A stretch of DNA of 63,901 bases, filler included, from Octopus bimaculoides (taxonomy: Eukaryota), in assembly GCF_001194135.2 (NCBI RefSeq). It is 7 parts of 6 records of this genome, joined end to end, with 100 filler letters (N's around TTAATTAATTAA, not from the genome) between each part and the next. Parts side by side here need not be neighbours in the genome. Positions count along the whole stretch, not along the records: positions 47,670 to 61,632 come from NC_068981.1; positions 61,733 to 62,779 come from NC_069010.1; positions 62,880 to 63,901 come from NW_026313735.1; 4 more parts are not named here. The stretch is one strand, 5' to 3'. The notes beneath the pieces are model-generated. The model had not been told where the DNA came from. It did not search any database and saw only the letters and a program-made list of their open reading frames with translations. This document shows positions 53,271 to 63,901 of the stretch, in pieces (position 1 is the first letter of the stretch; the number at the start of each line of letters is the position of its first letter). A program made the position numbers and the translations under genes.

Positions 53271-54511
53271 TCGGTCTTAAAGTATGATGAGATGTCCATG
53301 GGGCCAAGCCATTTATGGATGCGAAACCATTGGTTACTCTATGACCGGACATGCACTCAACTGCATATATATNNNNNNNNNNNNNNNNNNNNNNNNNNNN
53401 NNNNNNNNNNNNNNNNNNNNNNNNNNNNNNNNNNNNNNNNNNNNNNNNNNNNNNNNNNNNNNNNNNNNNNNNNNNNNNNNNNNNNNNNNNNNNNNNNNNN
53501 NNNNNNNNNNNNNNNNNNNNNNNNNNNNNNNNNNNNNNNNNNNNNNNNNNNNNNNNNNNNNNNNNNNNNNNNNNNNNNNNNNNNNNNNNNNNNNNNNNNN
53601 NNNNNNNNNNNNNNNNNNNNNNNNNNNNNNNNNNNNNNNNNNNNNNNNNNNNNNNNNNNNNNNNNNNNNNNNNNNNNNNNNNNNNNNNNNNNNNNNNNNN
53701 NNNNNNNNNNNNNNNNNNNNNNNNNNNNNNNNNNNNNNNNNNNNNNNNNNNNNNNNNNNNNNNNNNNNNNNNNNNNNNNNNNNNNNNNNNNNNNNNNNNN
53801 NNNNNNNNNNNNNNNNNNNNNNNNNNNNNNNNNNNNNNNNNNNNNNNNNNNNNNNNNNNNNNNNNNNNNNNNNNNNNNNNNNNNNNNNNNNNNNNNNNNN
53901 NNNNNNNNNNNNNNNNNNNNNNNNNNNNNNNNNNNNNNNNNNNNNNNNNNNNNNNNNNNNNNNNNNNNNNNNNNNNNNNNNNNNNNNNNNNNNNNNNNNN
54001 NNNNNNNNNNNNNNNNNNNNNNNNNNNNNNNNNNNNNNNNNNNNNNNNNNNNNNNNNNNNNNNNNNNNNNNNNNNNNNNNNNNNNNNNNNNNNNNNNNNN
54101 NNNNNNNNNNNNNNNNNNNNNNNNNNNNNGAGAGAGAGAGGGAGAGAGAGAGAGAGAGAGAGAGAGATAGATAGACACACATACACACACAAATAATATG
54201 GGCTGGGGCGATGGGGTTATCATCAACATTTCTTCGATGTCATTCGTTCTTTTTTCCTTTTTAATTGTTCGTATTTGTACGTTCGTTGAATGTCATGTTT
54301 TGCATCTTTTGTTAGTTCATTATTCCTTCCTACCTTCCTACCTTTCTTCTTTCTTGCTCCTTTCACTTTCTCCGCCTTCTTTTCTCTCTTTTTGTTAACT
54401 CCTAATTCAGTTTTCTTTCCACAAATTTCCCACCAACGTCCACTCGCTGACACATTTAAACTTGCATTTCACCCCGTCCTCAACACACACACGCACGCAC
54501 ACGTATACACG

Positions 54512-54548
<37 letters not shown>

Positions 54549-55241
54549 NNNNNNNNNNNNNNNNNNNNNNNNNNNNNNNNNNNNNNNNNNNNNNNNNNNN
54601 NNNNNNNNNNNNNNNNNNNNNNNNNNNNNNNNNNNNNNNNNNNNNNNNNNNNNNNNNNNNNNNNNNNNNNNNNNNNNNNNNNNNNNNNNNNNNNNNNNNN
54701 NNNNNNNNNNNNNNNNNNNNNNNNNNNNNNNNNNNNNNNNNNNNNNNNNNNNNNNNNNNNNNNNNNNNNNNNNNNNNNNNNNNNNNNNNNNNNNNNNNNN
54801 NNNNNNNNNNNNNNNNNNNNNNNNNNNNNNNNNNNNNNNNNNNNNNNNNNNNNNNNNNNNNNNNNNNNNNNNNNNNNNNNNNNNNNNNNNNNNNNNNNNN
54901 NNNNNNNNNNNNNNNNNNNNNNNNNNNNNNNNNNNNNNNNNNNNNNNNNNNNNNNNNNNNNNNNNNNNNNNNNNNNNNNNNNNNNNNNNNNNNNNNNNNN
55001 NNNNNNNNNNNNNNNNNNNNNNNNNNNNNNNNNNNNNNNNNNNNNNNNNNNNNNNNNNNNNNNNNNNNNNNNNNNNNNNNNNNNNNNNNNNNNNNNNNNN
55101 NNNNNNNNNNNNNNNNNNNNNNNNNNNNNNNNNNNNNNNNNNNNNNNNNNNNNNNNNNNNNNNNNNNNNNNNNNNNNNNNNNNNNNNNNNNNNNNNNNNN
55201 NNNNNNNNNNNNNNNNNNNNNNNNNNNNNNNNNNNNNNNNN

Positions 55242-55284
<43 letters not shown>

Positions 55285-55496
55285 CGTGTAAAGGTTATGA
55301 AGGGTAATGGAGTTAACCAGACCCTAAAGATACAGGTACTACCGAGTAAGTGCTGTATACCGGCTAGTTTTGCCCCAGATGTGGTTGTAACATGAATGGG
55401 GAATATAACATGGGTCGTGTATTAGCGTGTGTATATATAAAAAAGAATGAGATCAAGAGATCAATGGCATAAGTATATTTATATTTTATGTAGAAT

Positions 55497-55545
55497 GTCT
55501 TACAGCTGTTTCAGGGAAAATTCAATGTATCCCTTCATCGGAGAC
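55497..55545 (-). ncRNA. Minimal type I hammerhead-like motif with U4-to-C core variant
   Basis: Minus strand reads GTCT-CCGATGA-AGGGA-TACATTGAATTT-TCCCT-GAA-ACAGCTGT-A-AGAC. All three stems pair; the core is CCGATGA instead of CTGATGA. Confidence 0.65.
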
Positions 55546-55779
55546 GGTAATAGTAGAAGAATGGATTATTACATCTATCTGAGGAGATTTTCAGTAAGAA
55601 ATGAGAGCGATGCGGAGAAGAAAAAAAAACAAAGAAAAAGTACTTGGAGTATAGTTCCATTCCAACAGTAAATATCCATGTACAAAATCCGTGTGGGTAT
55701 TTTCCAGTGATGCTTATATTTGCAATGGTGGATATATATCATATCGTATCCAGTTTACTCTGTGCGTTGTTTACTTAAA

Positions 55780-56670
55780 GGACAGTCAACGCACAGAGTA
55801 AACTGGATACGAAAATGCACGAAAATTCTTGTCAAACGACAAGGGGACTGGCAGAGAAAATGAAATGCTCCCACACTGCTATAGAGAAGCATCTTCACTC
55901 GATGGGAAAGGTTCAGGAGTATGGAGCATGAGTTCTGCATGCTTTAAGTGACAACAACAGAAGTCAACGAGCTACAATCTCCGCTGGTTTGCTTGCTCGT
56001 CACTGCTCCACTCATGGACACAAGCAACGATTTCTTTACCGAATCGTTGGTGGCGACGAAAAATGGTGCCTGTACATCAATATGAAGCAGAGTAAGGAAT
56101 GGCTTAGCCTCGGTAAACAAGCGACACCGCGTGAAACAAGATCTTCATCCGCATAAAACGATGTTGTGTGTATGGTGGGACTGGGAAGGGATTATCCATT
56201 AAGAATTGCTTGAACGGAACCAAACGGTCAACGCGGATCTCTATGTTCAACAGATGGAACGACTCAACTCGGCTATTCAAGGGAAAAGACCTAATCGGCA
56301 GCATGGAGTTCTTCTGCTGCATGATAACGCCCGCCCTCATATCACCAATATGACCAAGGAAGCCATTCAAACGCGTGGCTGGGAAGTGCTGCCACACCCG
56401 CTGTACTCTCCTGATTTGGCACCAACGGATTTCCACCTCTTTCGATCTCTTTCAAATGCTATGCGCGGAGTTTCGTTCAATGCTGATGCAGAATTGAGAA
56501 CTTGGTTGGATCAATTTTTCGAGTCGAAATCGGGTGATTTCTACCAACGAGGTATTGAAAATCTTGTTGAATGTTGGGAAGAAGTTGTAAATAACAAGGG
56601 TGAATACATTATTGATTAATTAGTTGTTATTTTTTATTAAACCTATTAAAAAGTTTAAATTAAAAAAAAA
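55780..56670 (+). mobile_element. Mariner (DD34D) transposase pseudogene
   Basis: WVPHAL-like *VLHAL, then GDEKW, KTMLCVWWDWEGIIH*, HD-NARPH...YSPDLAPT-D (34 spacing), ending EYIID*. In-frame stops and a frameshift upstream of ORF 56206-56619. Confidence 0.93.
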
Positions 56671-57604
56671 NNNNNNNNNNNNNNNNNNNNNNNNNNNNNN
56701 NNNNNNNNNNNNNNNNNNNNNNNNNNNNNNNNNNNNNNNNNNNNNNNNNNNNNNNNNNNNNNNNNNNNNNNNNNNNNNNNNNNNNNNNNNNNNNNNNNNN
56801 NNNNNNNNNNNNNNNNNNNNNNNNNNNNNNNNNNNNNNNNNNNNNNNNNNNNNNNNNNNNNNNNNNNNNNNNNNNNNNNNNNNNNNNNNNNNNNNNNNNN
56901 NNNNNNNNNNNNNNNNNNNNNNNNNNNNNNNNNNNNNNNNNNNNNNNNNNNNNNNNNNNNNNNNNNNNNNNNNNNNNNNNNNNNNNNNNNNNNNNNNNNN
57001 NNNNNNNNNNNNNNNNNNNNNNNNNNNNNNNNNNNNNNNNNNNNNNNNAAAAAAAAAAAAAAAAAAAAATCAAGCTAAAAAGATACATAAAGAGAGATTC
57101 AACAAAGTAAAAACAAAAACAAAAAACCAACAATGATGTGTCAATACATGGTGACACAGAGTGTAAGCCGATATCACAAATCCCCGGAAAAAAAATTCAC
57201 CCCTGTACCGTTCCTTCTTCCTCCCTCATCTGTTGGCAGAACACGTTGCCTTGGTGACTGCACTGAGGACATAACATATATTACGAACAACCATCAACGA
57301 CATTCTCACCTTCTCTCTTCCGTTTTAATGTTCCTGCAACTTTTTACTCTTTACTTTCTTTGTCTTCACTTCAATACTTTCTCCATTTTTATGACTCCTT
57401 TTTTTTATAATTTCTTCTTTGTCTTTTGCTCTTTTCTTTTCCTTCATTTCTCCCTCTTCTCCTTCTCTTCGTTCCTCCTCATTCTCCTCTGAATATCCCC
57501 TCTTCCTCTCCACCCTTTCCCTTTCTCTTTATCTTTCTTCTTCCTACCTCCTGTTTATTCTCTTTCTTACTAGCACCATCATCGTCATCTCCACCTTCTG
57601 CTCT

Positions 57605-57674
<70 letters not shown>

Positions 57675-57968
57675 GACCTGGAAATAGAGGTAACTCGAAT
57701 GTGGAATCTAAAAACAGAAACAATTCCTATCATAGTAGGTGCCTTAGGTATAAAAAAAAATATTCAGACAAATACATAACAAAAACAACAGGACTTACAA
57801 ATATATATAACATACAGAAAATTGCACTACTGGGCACTGCACACATCCTACACAGAACACTTTCAATACAGTGAACATAAGAGCATCACAGCAAACCACA
57901 GCACATACCCAAGGCACACAAAGCTGCGCTCGGTAGTGAAGTGAAAGCACGCTATAAAAATAAAACTA

Positions 57969-57972
<4 letters not shown>
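57675..57972 (+). mobile_element. 5'-truncated R4/Dong-like LINE 3' end embedded in (TAA)n
   Basis: KTETIPIIVGALG...IQKIALLGTAHILHRTLSIQ* plus a short 3' UTR, with (AAT)n arrays on both sides (about 57605-57673 and 57972-58048). Confidence 0.85.
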
Positions 57973-58050
<78 letters not shown>

Positions 58051-58224
58051 GGTACCCTAGGCATAACACCTACATGAACTTCTAACTTGTTGTCTCTTGG
58101 TGAGACTTGGATCCAACTTGTACAAATGCAAAACAAAAGTCATACATAAAATAATAATAATAATAATAAATAGTAATAATAAAAATAATAATAATAATTA
58201 ATAGTAATAATAATAATAATAATA

Positions 58225-58360
58225 ATCCTTTCTACTATAGGCACAAGGCTTGAGATTTTGGATAAGGGAACTAGATGATTACATCGACCCCATTACGTAA
58301 CTGGTACCTAATTCATCGACCCCGAAAGAATGAAAGGCAAAGTCTGCCTCTCCACACCAA
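58225..58360 (-). mobile_element. Family D SINE 3' half
   Basis: gattacatcgaccccattacgtaactggtacc...cgaccccgaaagaatgaaaggcaaagtc. Confidence 0.8.
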
Positions 58361-59135
58361 ATTCATTTTTTACTTTATTCNNNNNNNNNNNNNNNNNNNN
58401 NNNNNNNNNNNNNNNNNNNNNNNNNNNNNNNNNNNNNNNNNNNNNNNNNNNNNNNNNNNNNNNNNNNNNNNNNNNNNNNNNNNNNNNNNNNNNNNNNNNN
58501 NNNNNNNNNNNNNNNNNNNNNNNNNNNNNNNNNNNNNNNNNNNNNNNNNNNNNNNNNNNNNNNNNNNNNNNNNNNNNNNNNNNNNNNNNNNNNNNNNNNN
58601 NNNNNNNNNNNNNNNNNNNNNNNNNNNNNNNNNNNNNNNNNNNNNNNNNNNNNNNNNNNNNNNNNNNNNNNNNNNNNNNNNNNNNNNNNNNNNNNNNNNN
58701 NNNNNNNNNNNNNNNNNNNNNNNNNNNNNNNNNNNNNNNNNNNNNNNNNNNNNNNNNNNNNNNNNNNNNNNNNNNNNNNNNNNNNNNNNNNNNNNNNNNN
58801 NNNNNNNNNNNNNNNNNNNNNNNNNNNNNNNNNNNNNNNNNNNNNNNNNNNNNNNNNNNNNNNNNNNNNNNNNNNNNNNNNNNNNNNNNNNNNNNNNNNN
58901 NNNNNNNNNNNNNNNNNNNNNNNNNNNNNNNNNNNNNNNNNNNNNNNNNNNNNNNNNNNNNNNNNNNNNNNNNNNNNNNNNNNNNNNNNNNNNNNNNNNN
59001 NNNNNNNNNNNNNNNNNNNNNNNNNNNNNNNNNNNNNNNNNNNNNNNNNNNNNNNNNNNNNNNNNNNNNNNNNNNNNNNNNNNNNNNNNNNNNNNNNNNN
59101 NNNNNNNNNNNNNNNNNNNNNNNNNNNNNNNNNNN

Positions 59136-59182
<47 letters not shown>

Positions 59183-59254
59183 TACTCTACCTCTGGTATT
59201 CGAGTACTATTTTTCCACCTTGTTTCGCATTTATGTGCTTTCTCTGGTATATGT

Positions 59255-59303
<49 letters not shown>

Positions 59304-60692
59304 AACACACAATCACACACACACACATATATATATATATACACACGCACATATATATATATACATACACATATACACACAACACACATATATATATATA
59401 CACACGCATGCATTCGTATGTGTGTGTGAAAGTGTGAGTGCTCACTCTCACGCACACACATGCATGATCATATGCTTGCACACACACACGCACACACACA
59501 CACACGCAAACACACACACACGCACACGAACACGCACGCACGCACATATATGCAGACACATACACCGCAAAAACGCACATCTGTCACGCACTCGCCAACG
59601 CTGCTATCATAACTGAGTGTTAGTTTTCTGACAACCTCCGGAGCCAACATTAGTCCACTCTAATATTCACAAAGAGTCACTGCCCTCTCCCAGGCCCTCC
59701 AGGTCACACAGATTCATACGTATACACGCACTCACGAACGCACACTCTCTCCATCAAACACATGTGTGTATGCATACACAAGCACATACACTCACACACT
59801 CGCACCTTTATGCTCCTACACCACACAGACATCTGTCACACGCCCTATCTTGCCCCCTATCAACACACAATGCTGACAGAGTTTCCTCTTCACATATTGT
59901 TCTAACAACCTGTGAACCAAGATAAATATTGGTTTATCTATATATCCTCTGTCCCTCGCTCATTTTATCCACTCTCATTCTTACACTTGAAATGTTAAGG
60001 TGCATTTTATATTCATATATATATGTATATATATATNNNNNNNNNNNNNNNNNNNNNNNNNNNNNNNNNNNNNNNNNNNNNNNNNNNNNNNNNNNNNNNN
60101 NNNNNNNNNNNNNNNNNNNNNNNNNNNNNNNNNNNNNNNNNNNNNNNNNNNNNNNNNNNNNNNNNNNNNNNNNNNNNNNNNNNNNNNNNNNNNNNNNNNN
60201 NNNNNNNNNNNNNNNNNNNNNNNNNNNNNNNNNNNNNNNNNNNNNNNNNNNNNNNNNNNNNNNNNNNNNNNNNNNNNNNNNNNNNNNNNNNNNNNNNNNN
60301 NNNNNNNNNNNNNNNNNNNNNNNNNNNNNNNNNNNNNNNNNNNNNNNNNNNNNNNNNNNNNNNNNNNNNNNNNNNNNNNNNNNNNNNNNNNNNNNNNNNN
60401 NNNNNNNNNNNNNNNNNNNNNNNNNNNNNNNNNNNNNNNNNNNNNNNNNNNNNNNNNNNNNNNNNNNNNNNNNNNNNNNNNNNNNNNNNNNNNNNNNNNN
60501 NNNNNNNNNNNNNNNNNNNNNNNNNNNNNNNNNNNNNNNNNNNNNNNNNNNNNNNNNNNNNNNNNNNNNNNNNNNNNNNNNNNNNNNNNNNNNNNNNNNN
60601 NNNNNNNNNNNNNNNNNNNNNNNNNNNNNNNNNNNNNNNNNNNNNNNNNNNNNNNNNNNNNNNNNNNNNNNNNNNNNNNNNNNNNNNNNNNN

Positions 60693-60738
<46 letters not shown>

Positions 60739-60970
60739 TTGGACCTAAACTTCTAGGTTATGCAATTGCCAGCGAGGAGACTTTGCAATATCTGGCCCAG
60801 TATATGGTCGCCGCTGCGAGCATGTGGGCGCGAAACCCGGGCGAAGTCAACGGCAACTGCAATAGCTTCATGCACAGGCATTGCTGGCGTTTTGCATTGG
60901 AAATGGATTAGTGATGGTTTCCCTCGGCAGCGAGTAGACAGCAATCATCGTGTGTGTGTGTGTGTGTGTT

Positions 60971-61200
60971 TGAAGGCATGTGGCCGAGTGGTTAGGGTGA
61001 TGCACTTACGATTGCTATTAGATCGTAGGTTCGATTTCCGGACAGGGTCGTGCGTTATGTTCTTCAGCAAAACACTTTATTTCACGTTGCTCCAGTCTAT
61101 TCACTTGTAAATAGATAACTCTGCATCGGAATAGTCTTCTGGTCAGGTTGGATGTCGTCGGCCTCCTCGTCAAGATAGAAGATGGAATCATCTGAAAGCT
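60971..61200 (+). mobile_element. tRNA-derived SINE (family B), plus orientation
   Basis: aaggcatgtggccgagtggttagg...aggttcgatttcc...cagcaaaacactttatttcacgttgctccagt. Confidence 0.75.
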
Positions 61201-62241
61201 AAAGCAATGCAAAGAGCAATATTACCAGCGATATATATATATATAACATCCAATAATCTGATCCATATCGTGATATATATGGCCTAAGGTATATATGTTT
61301 GTAGTGAACCTACCTATCGTCTCTAACACCTCGATCGCCATTACATACAAAACTACCTACCGCCATTAGATACAAAACTGCTATCGCCATTCTTCTCATT
61401 TAAATATAAACAAACGCGAACGTAGCGGAAAACATTAACCTTGTCATCACGTGACTGATCATTATTCGAATCGGCAACTTCTTCGAACCGTTCCCGCCAG
61501 AACGCAAACTGACCAATCACAGCCCTTAATAAAGTCACGTGATAGTGTTTTTCTGCTACCGTCTTGGAGCCCCCTTAACGCCTTAAATAGATCAACTCAT
61601 ACCCAACAATTTGTCTCGGTCCAGTTTCTCTANNNNNNNNNNNNNNNNNNNNNNNNNNNNNNNNNNNNNNNNNNNNTTAATTAATTAANNNNNNNNNNNN
61701 NNNNNNNNNNNNNNNNNNNNNNNNNNNNNNNNATATGTTTGCGTGTCTGTGTTTGTCCCCCCCAACTTTGCTTGACAACCGATGCTGATGTATTTATGTC
61801 CCCGTCACCTAGCGGTGACTGTATAATCCTGTTGTTTAGTTCTAAGTAGACCTACAAGCAAAAGTGTTCCTGTCTTGTAATTTAGATGTTGTGTATCTAG
61901 GACTACACTATTTTATGTGTCCTTAAGATCTTTCTTGCTTCCTTTCTTTCTCCTCCTTTACGTCATATCAGCTTGTACCGTGTTCAGTGACTGACATGTC
62001 ACATGACCCATTCATTTGTGGGTTTCTGTTAGGATGTTGTCTACACACAGACACACAGACACACACACAGTACAGGATTCCATCCTTGTCTAATCCTATC
62101 TCTTTCTTGTCTCACCCCTCTCTTTCTCTTGTGCAGACAAATACATCTTTATGTGTGCAAGTGTGTGTGTGTGTGTATATATATATATGTATATATGTGT
62201 GTTTGCATATGTGTGTGTGTCTGTATTATACATTCATATTT

Positions 62242-62276
<35 letters not shown>

Positions 62277-62688
62277 TGGTAATCCCATAAATAATACGGT
62301 TTGTTTATACTACTTTAAAAAAAAAAAAAATTGAGATAAACAAAGTTCTTTTTGGCTGAACTCTGACGAGGTGTTTTAACAAGATCATATGCTGTTTCAG
62401 TGGACAATTATGTAATCTTGGCAGTTAAATTACCGAAACACGTATGTTTTATATAGCATAAAATACCATATATGTTTTCTGTATTTTATCAATATTATAT
62501 ATATATATACACATATATACAATACATATATTTGTGTGTATGTATATATTTGTATATGTTGATAATATTTATATTCACATGCACTCACAATTCTGTGTTT
62601 ATTCATATGACTAACAACTACTTTTTGTTTTCCTTCTTTCTCTTTCATGCCTGTGCCTCCCCCACCCCTGCTCCCTGCCCTGTCTGCT

Positions 62689-62730
<42 letters not shown>

Positions 62731-62880
62731 CACTCGTCTTTTCTTCTGTCTCCCGTGTGCGTTGACTCTGCGAAAAAAANNNNNNNNNNNNNNNNNNNNN
62801 NNNNNNNNNNNNNNNNNNNNNNNTTAATTAATTAANNNNNNNNNNNNNNNNNNNNNNNNNNNNNNNNNNNNNNNNNNNNT

Positions 62881-63200
62881 CCCAACCACATGGTTACGGG
62901 TTCAGTCCCACTGCGTGGCACCTTGGGCAGGTATCTTCAACTACAGCCTCGGGCTAACCAAAACCTTGTCAGTGAACTTGGTAGACAGAAACTGAAAAGA
63001 AGCCCGTCGTATATATTATATATATGTATATGTTTGTGTCTGTGTTTCTTACCCCACCCCGCTTGACAACCGATGTTGGGGTGTTTACGTCCCCGTAATT
63101 TAGTGACTCAACAAAAAACATCGATAGAATAAGTACTAGGCTTGCAAAAAATAAGCCCAAGAGTCAATTTCTTCGACTAAAGACGGTGATCCAGTAAAAG
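62881..63200 (+). mobile_element. SINE family A copy
   Basis: ccaaccacatggttacgggttcagtcccactgcgtggcaccttgggcag...gatagaataagtactaggctt. Confidence 0.85.
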
Positions 63201-63217
63201 AATACCAGAATATTATT

Positions 63218-63271
<54 letters not shown>

Positions 63272-63342
63272 CTGACAGTTATATCACACACACACACATA
63301 CACACAGATATATAGAGATACTTACACGTATAGAGATACGCA

Positions 63343-63414
<72 letters not shown>

Positions 63415-63901
63415 CTAGTATTACAAGAGTCACACATGCCTCCACACATGTAGCATCTCGATTTAAATTTTAAAATATTCGAGTTGTGATGTAAGGGCAG
63501 CGACAGCGGGGCGAGTGTTGCTGTAACATTAATAACAACAATAATAACAACAACAACAACAACAACAACAACCGGTAACAAGACTAGGGGTGGTGCGTGC
63601 GGTGCACGTGGGTGTAGCAGCAGCAGTTAAAACAACAACAACAACAACAACAATAACAGCAATCACAAGCAAAACAACAGCAACCGACGCAGCAAAAAAG
63701 GGAGCAGTGAAAGCAGCAGACAGCCATGTTGGCTTTAGCAATGAGGAGAGAGAGAGAGAGAGAGTAAAAGAGGGGAGGAGGGGGAGGAGAGGATAAGAGG
63801 AACAGCACCATCAATAACAGCTACAACAACAACAACAATGGTAAGGAGAAGAAGAAGAAGAAGAAGAAGAAGAACGGCAACAAGTTAACGTAGATAGCAG
63901 T

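Noticed and set aside
2331-60911. Long ORF-track entries spanning N runs or microsatellites (poly-X, CV, YI, HT, RE)
   Set aside because: Open only because gaps and dinucleotide repeats lack stop codons; no coding signal.

Overview
AT-rich, microsatellite-saturated eukaryotic genomic DNA, roughly a tenth of it N gaps. The SINE repertoire suggests an octopus/coleoid cephalopod (inference). The only host gene I can support is three spliced + strand exons (42841-43124, 44312-44432, 46073-46192) of a rutabaga/ADCY1-type transmembrane adenylyl cyclase, covering the end of the M2 membrane bundle and the helix leading into catalytic domain C2a. The rest is intronic or intergenic: decayed Tc1 (DD34E), mariner (DD34D) and maT (DD37D) transposons, Penelope-like, Tx1/L1 and R4/Dong LINE fragments, several tRNA-derived SINE families, palindromic MITEs and simple repeats. 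The best unexplained signals are RNA structures. An intact type I hammerhead ribozyme fold lies on the sense strand about 1.2 kb upstream of the first cyclase exon, and its palindromic helix III is also a perfect CRE (TGACGTCA). Three further hammerhead-like motifs all carry a non-canonical CCGANGA core. Several long foldbacks surround the exons. Six TTAATTAATTAA strings inside N runs are assembly linkers. No CRISPR array, rRNA or true tRNA gene was found. Almost all ORF-track entries are artefacts of microsatellites or gaps.
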